64,000 bases of DNA from Octopus vulgaris. Its lineage: Eukaryota. Within the stretch, counting starts at the first letter, position 1. Every line of letters starts with the position of its first letter. Under the pieces are notes generated by a model that had not been told where the DNA came from, ran no database searches, and was given only the letters and a program-made list of their open reading frames with translations. The DNA is taken from the NCBI GenBank assembly GCA_951406725.2, contig OX597830.1:47864001-47928000 (forward strand), given 5' to 3'. The position numbers were made by a program, and so were the translations under genes. This document shows positions 11,071 to 25,322 of the stretch, in pieces.

Positions 11071-12630
11071 TGTTCACCACCCTCTGCAAAGCATTGATAA
11101 CAACAAAAACCTCAGTACATACTACACCTACTAATGTAATTAATGATAAATAAACAAGCTATTGTGCTGTACACTCGGACAAAAGCTCATTCTCTCATTC
11201 CTACAAAATGTTTGTATGGTTGTCAATAAACAAAAATCTTTAATAAATACAACCGTTTTTTCATTAATACAAAAGCGATCAAATTTATAGGAAAATAACC
11301 AACATTCAAAATATTGAAATTCCATTAGCTTGGAAAAATAGATGGGAAAAACAATTAAAAACTTGTGTGTGTCTAACAATAAATACACACCACATGAAGA
11401 CACAACTCAGCAACAAATAAGAAAAAGCAATGTATGATTTATAGGGGTTTAATTAGTTTGTTAAACTGAATATAACTCCTCTTCTATATAACACAAATTA
11501 ATTACAAATTATTGATGGAAATCTCTGATTAGAAGAGGTCAGACAATTGGCTTTATCCTCCATGCTTGAGATTCATATTATATATATCAACTAACTTCTG
11601 CTTCACTCATGATATTGTTATTAATAAAGCAAACGGGAATTTATAGATTGATAGAATGAATACATTTACAAGAAGAAGCCTGTCTTTCCTAAACAACATT
11701 CATTAACCACTAAACCAATCACTCATCACTCACTACAAATCATTTTGCCTTATAAAATGCTCCGCAGTGTGGTATTTCAGTAATGTATCTTTTTCTAGTC
11801 TAAAGAATGTAAATACTTTGAAAGTTGTTATTAGGTTAATAAGGTGTTTCTAAAAGTCAGGTGCCTAACCCAGGTTTTATGATATTAAATGTACAGGAGC
11901 TCAATCTCTGCACCTCTGGATAAGGCATCAATCTACCTGAGATAACACTAACCTATCAGAGATGTCCAATAACTTCATAAACTGGACACGAGGATTAAAT
12001 GAATGAGACGCCAATTATTCACAGAAAACGTTACAAGAAAATCTGATACAGATTCTCACGCAGCTTAGATAAACTAAGGCATGTAGAATTAAGTGTACTG
12101 CCCCTGAAAAAGGGACCAGTCTATCATATAGAACATTCTCAGATGATCTGGTACCTATTCATTGACTGCTAAATAAATTTGGATGCATAAAATTAAATGT
12201 AATGATTACAAGAAAAGGCACAAATTCCTCTCTAATAATATTCTGAAAAGTTTTGGCACCGGGAAATCATTTAAGTAAACCGAGGCACTTGGGTCAAAGA
12301 TACCTATGATGTATCATCAGTGATGTTTCTGGGATGTGAGAGGGTTTTGAGTTTTTCACTATCAGACCCCAGTTCACCCAGTTCACCCAGAGTGCATTCC
12401 GGTAGCAATAAACCACTAGTCTGCCCTCTTTATCCCAATCCACTTAGTGGCCTTCCCTGCAGCTTTAGTAATTAAATTTATGGCTCCCTTCTGTGCTATA
12501 CCAGTGACTCTAAGCCCAGTCAGAGTTTTGCAGAATGAATGCCCCACAAAACCTTGGCAACCCACTTCAGTTGCCTCACAATATAGCTATTATTATTATT
12601 ATTATTATTATTATCATTATTATTATTATT

Positions 12631-12779
12631 CAGGTCACTGCCTGGAATCGAACTTGGAATCTTGGGGTTAGTAGCCCGCACTCTTAACCACTACACCATA
12701 TACCCGTGGCTTAGTGGTTAAGAGTCATATGGTGTAGCAGTTAAGAGCATGGGCTACTAACCCCCAAAATTCCGAGTAC

Positions 12780-12813
<34 letters not shown>

Positions 12814-12975
12814 TTAATCATAATCATAATAATATTGAAAAATACCTTAGGAATGAGAACCCAGGTTTGAAATTTCCCCAAGACACCTGATGAAGGCTGG
12901 AAGGTATATCAACCGAAACGTTGTGTTAACAGCAAACAAGATGAGGACAAATATCCGTCAAATGTAAATAATGTA
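12631..12975 (+). mobile_element. tRNA-headed element with 3' hammerhead and an inverted duplicate of its head
   Basis: Inverted head 12631-12703 (A box TGGTGTAGTGG, B box GTTCGATTCC), forward head 12726-12777, (AAT)n, then hammerhead. Confidence 0.7.
12882..12927 (+). ncRNA. Minimal type I hammerhead ribozyme
   Basis: GACAC-CUGAUGA-A-GGCUG-loop-CAACC-GAAACGUU-GUGUU; stem I GACAC/GUGUU, palindromic stem III AACGUU. Confidence 0.8.
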
Positions 12976-13358
12976 AGACAAATGTATTCTTCAAAATATT
13001 CAAACTTCACTCTTGTGTTAAGGACACAACACCATGTCTTAAGTAAGTTTTGAACTTGCCAACTTGTGGTTAGTAGATTTGCACCTTAACCTTGTAGCCA
13101 ATGTGCCAGATGATACAAATGGAAATTGCAGGGAAAATAGAAAGCATCTTAGTTTTTTCTATAAATAATAATAAAAAAAAAAATTCCATTTCTTAATGTA
13201 AAATGTATTCATTTTACATTATTGACAGAAGAACAAAAGGAACCATTTCAGCAGAAGTTCAAGTGGAATATTTCTAAGTTTGATAAATGGAAATGGAAAA
13301 ATGGATAATCTGATTTAGATATGGGAATATTATGTCAACGGAGAGAACTGTAGTGGCA

Positions 13359-13519
13359 GGAAATAATTAGTCAAAATGGAATTAGTGATCTAGTGGTTAG
13401 GGTGATGGTGGGGGTGGTTGAAAAGAATAGAAAGAGTAGATGTAAAGATGGGATAGAATGAAAGAATGACAGGCAGACAGACAGAGAGGTATACTGAGTG
13501 AAAGATGGGGGGGGGAGTC

Positions 13520-13603
<84 letters not shown>

Positions 13604-13758
13604 GAAATAATTAGTCAAAATGGAATTAGTGATCTAGTGGTGATGGTGATGGTGGTTGAAAAGAACAGAAAGAGTAGATGTAAAGATGGAATAGAATGAA
13701 AGAATGACAGGCAGACAGACAGAGAGGTATACTGAGTGAAAGATGGGGGGGGGGAGTC

Positions 13759-13843
<85 letters not shown>
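13359..13843. repeat. Tandem duplication of ~243 bp including (TA)n(GA)n
   Basis: AGGAAATAATTAGTCAAAATGGAATTAGTGATCTAGTGG starts at 13359 and ~13602; few mismatches. Confidence 0.9.
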
Positions 13844-13844
<1 letters not shown>

Positions 13845-14589
13845 TGCAGACAGACAAATACACAAAGGCAAAATGGAGTGGAAGAAAGAGAGATGGAAGT
13901 GATAAAAAGAAACACGAAATACACGAGAAGAATATTGTGAATTGAATGAAAAAAAGAAAGAACAACTGAAAGAAAAAGTAGAAGAATGAAAGACAGGAAA
14001 GGAAGAATTACTAAAAGAAAGGAAGAAAGATGATTCTAAAAATAGAACAAAGAAAGAAAGGAAGAAAGAAAGGGTTATAGAAAGAAAAGAGAGCAAAAGG
14101 AAAAAAAGAATGGTAAGAAGGAAGGAAAGGAGAAAGAAAGAAGATTAATGGTAAGGAAGGACGCACGACAGGAGAGAAGAAGAAAACAAGAAAGAAAGAA
14201 ATTCATGAAAGGAAGAAACACACACGGACACACACACACACACACACACGCGCACGTACAAAAACATGTGTATACATATACACTCCACACACACTCAATG
14301 ACCAGTTATGCCTTCTCCCACCTTCAAAAACCATCTTTATCTCTCCAAATTCTGGTCAGTCATTTTCCAACCATGTAATGACACACGTACTTTTTTCCCC
14401 GGACTATCAGTTCCTTCCCTCTTTTCCTCTTCTCTGTACTTTTTCCACTTTCCAACAAAGAGCCATGCTCAAAACATCAGTTCCAATCCTATTTTCCCAT
14501 CTTAAACTTTCTCTGAGCCAATGGACTTTTGTTGTTTTTTTACCTGTCTTTTTTTGTTGTTGTTTTTCTTGGTCATGGATTTGTCTAAA

Positions 14590-14930
14590 TAGATCCAGGG
14601 GCCTCCTCAGCAATCATTTGAGAAACAATCTAAAATGCCAGCTGCCTCTAAGCACAGGTAAACCTCAGAAGGTGGGAGGAAATCACAGCACAGACGGAGG
14701 TGTAATAACACTGCATCCAGATCGTTGCAAGCAACTTTGAAAAGGCCAGAGCAGCCGTGGTGGACAAGCAACGCCAAAGACGGAAAGAGTCATCATCCCA
14801 GCCCACCATCAGACCAAAACCTCTTCCACAACCGCACCAAAGCCTCTGCTTCAAGGATCACTTTAGATAGCCACTTCACACCATGTCAGTCATCCTAATG
14901 ATCTTCAGACACTAAGAACTGCCATCATCA
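14590..14930 (+). mobile_element. Decayed RTE (BovB-like) 3' end
   Basis: RSRG..., NNLKCQL, ASRITLDSH remnants, then (CAT)n. Confidence 0.5.
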
Positions 14931-15290
14931 TCATCATCATCATTGCTATTTTATGTCTGTTTTCCATGCTGGCATGGGTTGGACAGTTTGACAGGAGTTG
15001 GCAAGCTAGGAGCCCCATCAGCTTCCGTTGTTTTGGTATGGTTTCTATGGCTGGATGTCCTCCCTAACATCCACCATTTCACAAAGTTTGACTGAAAATG
15101 GTAAGCCAGTGGGGCTGCACCAGATTCCAGTCTGATTTGGTAAGGTTTCTACAACTGGATGCCTGTTCTAACACCAACCACTCAAAGAGCATAGTGGGTG
15201 CTTTTTATGTGCCACCCAAATTGGGTGCCAGTCAGTTGGCACAGGCATCAGTCACAACTATGATTTCACTTGGTTCAACGAGTCTTCAGA
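14925..15290 (-). mobile_element. RTE 3' tail fragments
   Basis: TTTCCATGCTGGCATGGGTTGGAC and GGATG.C.TT...AAC motifs on the plus strand. Confidence 0.7.
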
Positions 15291-16464
15291 CGTAGTAACA
15301 GATTTAAAAGTAAATTAATAAGATATCTAAAACAACCCAGTAGTATTGTAGAATTGGTACACCACCACCACCACCACCTGATAACCGGTGTTGGTGTGTT
15401 TACATTCCTGTAACAATAGCACTTCAACAAAAGAGAGGCTGATAGAAGAAATACCAGGCTTAAAAGAAAGGGCCACAATTGTGAGCTTCATCAGTTTATT
15501 TGTCCAACCCATGCCAGCATGGAAAATGGATGTTAAATGATGATGATGATGATGGTGGTGTGTGGAACGGCTTGTCGACTGAGAACTGAAAACAATTGTA
15601 GGAACAAGTGACTATTGCAAACAGCAGGAGCATCATGTAATTGATTAGTGTTCTATGAGAGAGATGCTTACCCAAAATAAGTAAAAAAAATTAGAACAAA
15701 TAATTCTTTCAATTGAAGCACAAGGCCTGTAATTCTGAGGGGAGGGGCTTAGTAGATACCATTAACCACAGTATTTGACTGCCACTTTGAAAGGGCAAAA
15801 GAAAGGCAAGATCAACGCCAACGTAATTTGAACTCAGAATGTAAAGAGTTGGAAGAAATAGAATAAGAGGAAAGCTACTCTAAAGACTTTTGTCAGTTTC
15901 ACTCCTTGTACACTCTTTTACTTCTTTCAGTCTTTTGACTGCAGCCATGCTGGAGCACCGCCTCTTGACAAACAGCCAGCCACCAGATGAAAGAAAAGCT
16001 ATCTTCATTCACACAACCTCTTTCACAAACAGCCAAACACCAGATGAGAGGAAAACTATCTTCATTCCCAAGTTAAAAGAAGATGCTAAGACAATTTTCA
16101 CAATAGACTCAGCCAGATCTGTTGCCTACACAACAGAAGCTGTTCAACACAACTCCACAATTCACTCAATTTCACTGAGCAACAAAAGTAAACAGTTTCG
16201 TCTTGTCTGCTCTCATCTTGTCGGGTAGCACGTCACTCAGGAATAAGGCCACTGATTTTAAGATTGCAAATAAGTTGATTAAATTCATCTCAAGACTTGA
16301 ATGGTTCTTCATTTTATCGATTTTGGAAGAAGAATCCTACTGCAGTCAACTTTGCCATCCATTCTGAAGTCGATAAAATACCAGTGATGCATTAGGGTCA
16401 ATATAATCACAGGTTTCTGGCCTTGTACATAAGTTAGAAACAACTATTATTATTATTATGTAAA

Positions 16465-16915
16465 GTGGTGAGCTGGCAGAATCATTAGCACACTGGACGA
16501 AATGCTTACTGGCATTTTGTCTGTCTTTATGTTCCGAGTTCAAATTCCACCGCGGTCGACTTTACCTTTCATCCTTTCAGGGTTGATAAATTAAGTACCA
16601 GTGGGTACTCGTCTCCCCACCAAAAAAATTTCAGGCCTTGCGCCTATAATAGAAAGGATTATTATAATTATTATTATCATTATTATTATTATGACAATGA
16701 GCTGGCTGAATTGTTGGTGCATCAAACAAAATGCTTTGCAGTATTTCTTCTGTTGTTTTACCTTCTGAGTTCAAATTCTGCTAAGGTTGAGTTTTGCCTT
16801 TTGTTATTTCAAGGTCAATAAGTATCAGGTGGATGGTGGCGGTGGAGGGGGGGTTTGCTGTGATTGATTTACTCCTCACTTAAAATTGCTGGCCTTGTGC
16901 CAAAATTTGAAACCA
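16465..16915 (+). mobile_element. Two consecutive SINE family 2 variants
   Basis: GAGCTGGCAGAATC...GAGTTCAAATTC at ~16470 and ~16700. Confidence 0.75.
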
Positions 16916-18545
16916 GCGTTGCTGTTGTGGGTGTTATTACAACAATATTAAACACTAGTAGAATGGAATTGGTTCCCTTTCCACACCACTCCTAAACAAA
17001 AAATATGAAACAAAAATAAGCAGCAATAAACCAATAAAAGCCGCCACCGCCGGTGCCAAAACCGCCACCACCACCACCACCACCATTTGGGCAATCAGTG
17101 AATTGCTTAGCAACTATCATGTGAATCAATATATAAATATTTCTGAACTAGTTAATAACAGCTGAGATGCTTTGTTTCATTGCAAAGCCAAAACACAGAC
17201 AGAAGGAAGGAACCAGCAATATAAACATGATGGTTGGCCATGTTAGACATTAGAGGTGATATTTGAGTAAATATGCTAAATGGGACTTGTATTTAGAGGT
17301 AATCCTGTATATGTGTCTATATGCATATACCATCATCATCATCATCATCATCATCGGTTTCATTGTTTCCTGTCTGCCTTCAATGCAGGCATAAAGTTGA
17401 TGATTGTGGTCGATGACTACTTCCATTTCGAGTCAGTGCTTTCCAAGAGAGGTCAAAGGACAACATCTCGCTCATACAATTCATTTGGGTTGCTTTCTAC
17501 AGTTGGATGCCCTTTGTAAATCCAACCAGCTTACAGGTTATATTGGCTGCATTATTATACTGTGGCACCAGCATTTCAGAGGTTGCTGTGCCTTCAACAA
17601 GACCTAAGGGTTCTCTCGACCCTGCATCTTCACTCATCCACTTTACAGGGTGTCCTGGATGAATTTACAGTGGCATCAAGACTGGTGTAGTTGCCCCCCC
17701 CCCACAAGATTGGTGTAGTTGCCACACACACACACACACACACAATAAAATAGCAATGGAGCAATGTACTCCCTGATATGCAAAAATGTCAATAAAGACA
17801 TGTTCAACTCCCGCTTGTTTCTCACAATTTTATTCTTTCTAACATCTGACTCCTTTATAGCCAGTGTTTTGGTTTGTTTAAATTCACACACACACACACA
17901 TGAAATGAAGTGATATTTGGAGAGCAAAATACAAATAGTTTCTCTCTCCACATGTTTAAAATTTCGTAGTTAAGAAATCATCCTCACTACGAACCAGCTG
18001 TATGGCCTAGAAACACAATAAAGTACCCACAGTGAGATTTACACTGACAAACAAGGAATTAGTAACCAACTCTCTGTCAACTCAGCTATTTTACATTTAC
18101 CATTACTAATGAGTCACATCAAAAAGAAAAAAAAAAGTTCCATTTTAACCAATACCACATGAAAATGTTATAATTGGAAACTAATGTTTTGGTATTTGGT
18201 GATTACAACCAGACAAGTATGTAATTAGTTTATCTCCAGACCTTTAAACTTTGCAGTTCCTAATTGATCATCAAAGCAAAACAATTCACAGTAAACTAGT
18301 TGTGTGATCTGGTTTTGTATCTTAATTAAAAGTGTTGATTATCATTTAATAAAGATCATAATTCCTGTAACTCGTGTTTAAACTTTTAAACATAAAACCA
18401 CTCCTGGTTACTTATTTTAACCATCTTTTAGTCATAAAAACAGGCAGTTCCGCTGAGCCATTGCAGAGCCTCTCTGACTAATGGTTACCATCAAACCAGA
18501 GATTTGGCATGAGTGCTTGCATCTGAGTGAACTCTGTTAAAGCAG

Positions 18546-19040
18546 TCATCATCATCATTATCGTCGTCATTTAACGTCTGCGTTCCATGTTGGCATGGGT
18601 TGGACTGAGGGCTGGCAAGCCAGAAGGCTGCACCAAGCTCCAATCTGATCTGACAAAGTTTCTACAGCTGGATGCCCTTCCTAACGCCAACCACTGTGTA
18701 GTGGGTGCTTTTACATGCCACCAGCACGAGGGTCAGTCAGGCGGTACTGGCAACCGCCATGCTCAAAAGATGTTTTTTATGTGCCACCTGCATGGGAGCC
18801 AGTCGGGCGGCACTGGCAACGACCACACTCAAATGTTGTTTTTCATGTGCCAGTAAGGCAATGCTGGCAATGATCATGCTTGAATGTTGCTTTTTACGTG
18901 CCACCAGCATGGGAACCAGTCGGCGGCCCTGGAAACGATCACGCTCAGATGTGCTTTTAACATTCCACTGGCATGAGTGCCAATCAGGTGGTACTGTCAT
19001 CGGCCATGTCAGCAATTTCGATTTCACTTGCCTCGATAGG
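18546..19040 (-). mobile_element. RTE 3' UTR with ~60-bp tandem units
   Basis: Tail motif plus about five (G)TG.TTTT.A.GTGCCAC units. Confidence 0.8.
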
Positions 19041-19697
19041 TATTTGCAAGGTAATCATATTCATTTGGTTGATGGGTTCAGTCTAATACCTAATCAGGAT
19101 TTGAACTCAGAATGCGGACAGCCAAAACCAAATACTGCAAAGCATCTGATCCAACATTTCTATAATTCTGCCAGTCCATTACCTTGGAATGGGACTTTTT
19201 TTTTTATCAATGCCAAAAGAAGAAAAAACAAAGTTAACCTAGGTGGGATTTGAACTCAGAGTGCATCAAGTCAAAAAAAGGTACTCTGAGACCCACTGCC
19301 CATCACTGTAACAGCTCAGCCAATACACTCCCCAAGCGAGATTTCAAATATAAAGTATTAACTTAGGTTAAGTTTTTAAAATATCAACACACACACACAC
19401 ACACACACACACAACAAGCAATAATTACTTTGAGGTTAAAGTGTTGATCTGTTGACTGCAGCATCTTGTGTTCAAATCTTACCAGTTCAGAAAAAAAACT
19501 AAAAGATTGGCTCCACTTTTACTTTGTGTTTGAGGTGTGAAAGACAACATAAATAAGAATTGTCCTAACAAAACGGTCATCGCATCCAAGAATTCATGCA
19601 CCAATGGATATTAAATTAGCAAAAATTTAAACACAAAGTAATTAATAAACTATTAATTATCAGGTAACTGTGACTCCATCTGCTTTCATTTTTATGA

Positions 19698-19973
19698 TTA
19701 TTTACAGTTCTGAGAAATGGGTCAACAAATATCTTGGCCATGAATAAGCATAAAAACAGTTTGAGCAACTTGGCCAAACTTGACCCACAAGGAAACAATT
19801 CTTGCGAAAGAAAAGTAAAGAAAAAAAACGATGTTTTCGTATTGGTTCCAGTAGTTAATGATTGTCAATTTTATTGCTAAGCTATTTGCAAATTATTAAT
19901 TGTTACTTCTGTATAACATTCATTAGAGAAGGGTGTAATCAATTGAATTGACCTCAATGTATTACTGGTACTT
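19698..19973. repeat. Left arm of a ~270-bp inverted duplication (partner 25323-25590)
   Basis: Reverse-complement alignment with scattered substitutions and one short indel. Confidence 0.92.
19708..19814 (+). CDS. Candidate exon inside the inverted duplication
   Basis: tttcatttttatgattatttacag|TT CTG AGA...AGA AAA|gtaaag; LRNGSTNILAMNKHKNSLSNLAKLDPQGNNSCERK; frame open in both copies. Confidence 0.3.
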
Positions 19974-20149
19974 GTCAATATGACAGTCATCAATGAAAAA
20001 GTCCTTAGAAGACCTAGAGATTACTTTGGCTGGATTCTTCAAGTGTCAACATCATCACACCCATTCAGGAACCACATTGTTCAGTGGAATCAGAGTTCAA
20101 TTGATTTCAGTTCAATTGATTCAGTGGAATCGGAGTTCAACTGATTTCG

Positions 20150-21210
20150 TATGCAGCAGTGCTCCAGATGGGGTGATGTCATTAGTCATGGCTGTCAATT
20201 CAGACACCTGGGTACTTGATGTAAGAATAAAAATGGGTAGCATCGGTCAGTTGATCATGATCTGTCTTTGGCTGATATTTATTGGGATTAATCAAATTGT
20301 CTAAACAAAGTTCCTTCAAAATACAGAAAACAAGTTTGGTAAAAACCGTCTCAGACATGGCTGATGATTTGCAGTAAAGTGGATATTCTTACACGTGTGG
20401 CAGGAGAATTGAAATAGAAATGTTTAATTTTAATTATATGATTTGATTCTCACTAATTGTTTCATGCCACAGTTAATTAATTAGCTTCAGTGTTTTTTAA
20501 TTCTTCATTAATAATTGCAAGGATAGCTTACGTTGATACTGAGATATATGGTCTTGATAAGTTTGGCATACAGTAAACGGTGGAATCAAAGCTTTCAATG
20601 TAAAACATCTGCTATCATGTTCCACAGAAAACAGCTAATTCTTAGATCTGACACACTGCCAAAATCCAGTTGGTCCAGGATGACACAAAACACAGTGTAA
20701 ATCTGTGATTTCCAGAGATGTAACAGAGAGCATCTAGGAAAAGCGCCAGTGAATGTATGAGCTTTTTGGTATGTATCCAAAGTCATAATCCATCATCATT
20801 GTCTATGGTGATTCAAAGCACTAAAAAAGGATCTTATCATTTGTTGGTCAATGTTTTTACATTACACCAGGAAGTAAAAAGTTTTGCCATTAGCTAATTC
20901 TTCCTACAATAGCCAAAGCCTCTCCTTTCCAACTGATGAGAGATTTTGTTTTGAGGAAGAAGAAGTTTTTCAGAATAATAACAGGTTTATTATGCTGTGA
21001 AATGACTCCTGAAATTCTAGTTCCATGAAGCATCAGTCTCAACAGCTTGTGGAACTTCTGATAAGCTAGTTGAGAGAGATGGCATTAGCTATTGAAGTTT
21101 TAAACAGACGAATAACATCTACATAAACTTTTTGTAATGGAAGCACTGGATTCTGTTGGGTTTCAATTAATTCCAAAAAAGCAGGAACTTGTTTAGAGTT
21201 TAGTAATTAA
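20150..21210 (-). mobile_element. Decayed Ty3/Gypsy pol fragment (RNase H, integrase Zn finger, integrase C-terminus)
   Basis: VETDAS, GVISQHNKPV, SSVGKE/ALAIV..I..WQNFLL, LCHPG...VRSKN, NKYQP...THFYSYIKYPG; many frameshifts. Confidence 0.75.
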
Positions 21211-21329
21211 AGAAACATAATAGTCATTTGGTTAATATTGTTCTGCATCAAATAATGAATGAATGGTTTCATTCTTGCTAGATCAAGGTGTAGAGAATGA
21301 TTTTTATTTTGTATCCAAGATTGTTACAA

Positions 21330-21609
21330 ACGTCGCCTTACTAGCACCTGTGCCGGTGGCATGTGTAAAAAGATTTGAGCGAGGTCATTGCCAGTACTGC
21401 CTGACTGGCCCCCGTGCCGGTGGCACGTAAAAAGTACCCACTACACTCTTGGAGTGGTTGGTGTTAGGAAGGGCATCCAGCTGTAGAAACTCTGCCAGAT
21501 CAAGATTGGAGCCTGGTGCAGCCATCTGGTTCACCAGCCCTCAGTCAAAATTGTCCAACCCATGCTAGCATGGAAAGCGGATGTTAAACGATGATGATGA
21601 TGATGATGA
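21330..21609 (+). mobile_element. RTE 3' UTR/tail
   Basis: GTGCCGGTGGCACGTAAAAAG units, tail and (GAT)n. Confidence 0.85.
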
Positions 21610-21739
21610 AACAAATGGATATTTGATGGAGAAAACATTTCCTATAATTGAATTCAATGATGAAACTCTCAGTAAATGCTCCTCAATAGTTTTGCCCTTG
21701 ATTTCAGGTGAATCAAGATCTTTGAAATTTCTCTCTTTT

Positions 21740-22270
21740 GCCTAACTGGCTCCCACACCAGAGGCACATAAAAAGCACCATTTGAGCGTGGTTAATGCCA
21801 GTGTTGTCTGACTGGTCCTGTGCCAGTAGCACATAAAGAGCACCGCTTAAGCGTGGCCATTGCCAGTGCCACCTGACTGGTTCCCGGGCAGGTGGCATGT
21901 AAAAAGCATCATACAAGCATGGTTGATGTCAGTACAGCCTAACTGATCCTGTGCCAGTGGCACATAAAAAGCACCGTTTGAGCATGACTGTTGTCAATGC
22001 CACCTGACTGGCTCCTGTGCAGGTGGCACGTAAAAAGCATCATTTGTGTTTGATGCCAGTACTGCCTGACTGGCCCTCATACCGGTGGCATGTAAAAGCA
22101 CCCACTACACTCCTGGAGTGGTTGGCATCAAGAAGGGCATCCAGCTATAAAAACTTTACCAGACCAGATTGGAGCATGGTGCAGCCTTCTGGCTTGTCAG
22201 TCCTAAGTCAAACTGTCCAACCCAAGCCAGCATGGAAAGCAGATGTTAAATGATGATGATAATGATGATC
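21740..22270 (+). mobile_element. RTE 3' UTR with ~6 tandem ~64-bp units
   Basis: GGCAC.TAAAAAGCACC-like motif recurs near 21764, 21828, 21894, 21959, 22024 and 22086, then the tail. Confidence 0.85.
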
Positions 22271-23602
22271 TTAATCAAATCACCATAGCAAATAAGCTCA
22301 CACTGAAATCAGTCTATGATCTGGTTTTGTATCGTATATGAAGCTTCCAATCAACATTTATCAAAATAAACCTTTCAGTTATTACAACTCTCATTTACAT
22401 TATTCATTATCACCATCATCATCATCATTTAATAATCACTTTCCATGCTGGCATAGGTTGGACGGTTTGACTGAGGATTGGGCGAGCCCCTCCTAACGCC
22501 AACGCCCCCAAGAGTGTAGTGGGTGCTTTTATGTGCCACCAGCACAAGGACCATTCAGGCAGTACTGGCAATGACCAGTCTGGTGGCATTGGCAATGACC
22601 ACGCTCAAATGTTGTTTTTCACAAATTAATAATAATCTTTTCTACTCCATGCACAAAGCCTGCAACAGGGTAGGCTAATTAATTGCATTGTCCTCAGAGC
22701 AAAACTGCTATTTATTTTATTGAGTGCAAAAGCACCAAGAACAAAACCAACCAATAAAAATAAATAAATAACAAAATCAATTGGTTTTGTTTATGAACAA
22801 AGAGTCTGAAATGTTGATATCTCCAAGAAATGCATAATCGCTACCACATATTATAACATGTAGCCCTTACTACATGTCCCTAAAAGGGCAGAATAGCTTT
22901 GATTGTAGCCATGCTGAATCAAGGCCAATCTCAGGTTAAACAATAACCAAATAAGAGTGTTGATGGTTTGTATTTTCTTACAGAGTCTGTAACATGAAAG
23001 CACCCATCACAGTCCAGGCCTTCTTGCTGTAAGAAAAAGGGATCAATGCTCTCTAGATTTTCAGCTCAGCTCTGTTTATTACATGATTTTTTTTTTTGTG
23101 GGGGGGGTACTGAACAAAAAATAAATCATGATACAAGTAAATCTTAGAATGGAATAAAGTCAGAATAATTAATCACTCATTGAGAGATAGATCTGATTAG
23201 AAAGCTCTACTGGGACTTAAGTCATAAAATGAAGCAAATTTAAGAAAAAAGAAAAGTCACAAGTTGTGGCTTTCTAACCACATAGTTCTGCGTTCAGTGC
23301 CACTATGTGGTACCTTGGGCAGGTATCCTCATCTATAGCTTTGGGCTGACCAAGGCCTCGCAAGTGGATATGGTAGACAGAAACCGAAAGAAGACCATTG
23401 CATATATATCCCCCCTCTTCCTTTGCTAAGAGCATTTTTAAGCCAGCCCGTCATATTCCCGTGTCAGGCAGAAGAACGAAATGTTCCCAAGATAAGAGAG
23501 TCTTTCTAATCTAATGTTGTGGTTGAGCTGTTTATTATTTATTATTATTACTATTATTAGTAGTATTAGTATTGTCCCTTTGATCCTCGGTCGAAAATTT
23601 GC

Positions 23603-23651
<49 letters not shown>

Positions 23652-24067
23652 TTTCAGCTTCGCCTTGTATTGCATATTATTTCTCCATACAGGGGTTTTT
23701 TTCAATGGCGGCCCATTTTCGCGGGGTTCCACTATTTCCCTTCTCTCTCTCCCTCTTTTACGTTGTCTGCCATCCCCCTCTTCCTTTGCTAAGAGCATTT
23801 TTAAGCCAGCCCGTCATATTCCCGGTGCACCCGCCCTTGCCCACCCCCACCACCAATACCGGATATCTCTATATTTTTGCTCCATCTATACCGGATGTCG
23901 CTTCTCCCACCACCATTATAGGTGTCTACTCTTCGAACCCCCTCTTCAATACGCTATTTCAACATGCATTACCCCTCTCTTGATATCCTACGTTCTACTT
24001 GCCTAGAACCTGTCATCATTTCTCTGAACCACCCCTCCCCACTGGTGCTCCCCTATATTCCCCCCCC

Positions 24068-24889
<822 letters not shown>

Positions 24890-25322
24890 GATGGACTCTC
24901 CTGTTGAAAATGACATACGAGTGTTCAGCCTTCGTTGAACGACCTTCACAAATGATTTGTTTTTATAAGGATCAAATGTTCATGCAGCATGTTAGCTCAC
25001 TCCCCACTCCATCATATTGACACTACCTGAACAGGTGCAAAGTGTACCTCATGTCAGCTGTTGAAGAGATCACAGAGCAAGGTGAAATGAAGTGTTTTTG
25101 CTTGAGGACATGACTCACTGCCCAGTCTAGGAATTGAAATCACGATTGTGAGTGCAACAACCTAATTACTAAGCCATGTGCCCTCACATATATATATATA
25201 TATATATATATATGCCTTTCTCAGGTGTTTTAACAGCATAAGGGAAAAGATTGTGTGTGTGTGTGTTCCCCATCACTTCTCAACAACCAGTGTTGTTCCA
25301 TTCCTTTAAGGGTCAATAAATT

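Noticed and set aside
19993-20304. Plus-strand ORF resembling a pogo/Tigger HTH
   Set aside because: Similarity is weak and the region is better explained as the antisense of the Gypsy integrase C-terminus plus a short tandem repeat.
21740-22110. CRISPR-like regular repeats
   Set aside because: Intervening sequences are similar to each other, context is a eukaryotic LINE 3' UTR and there are no cas genes.
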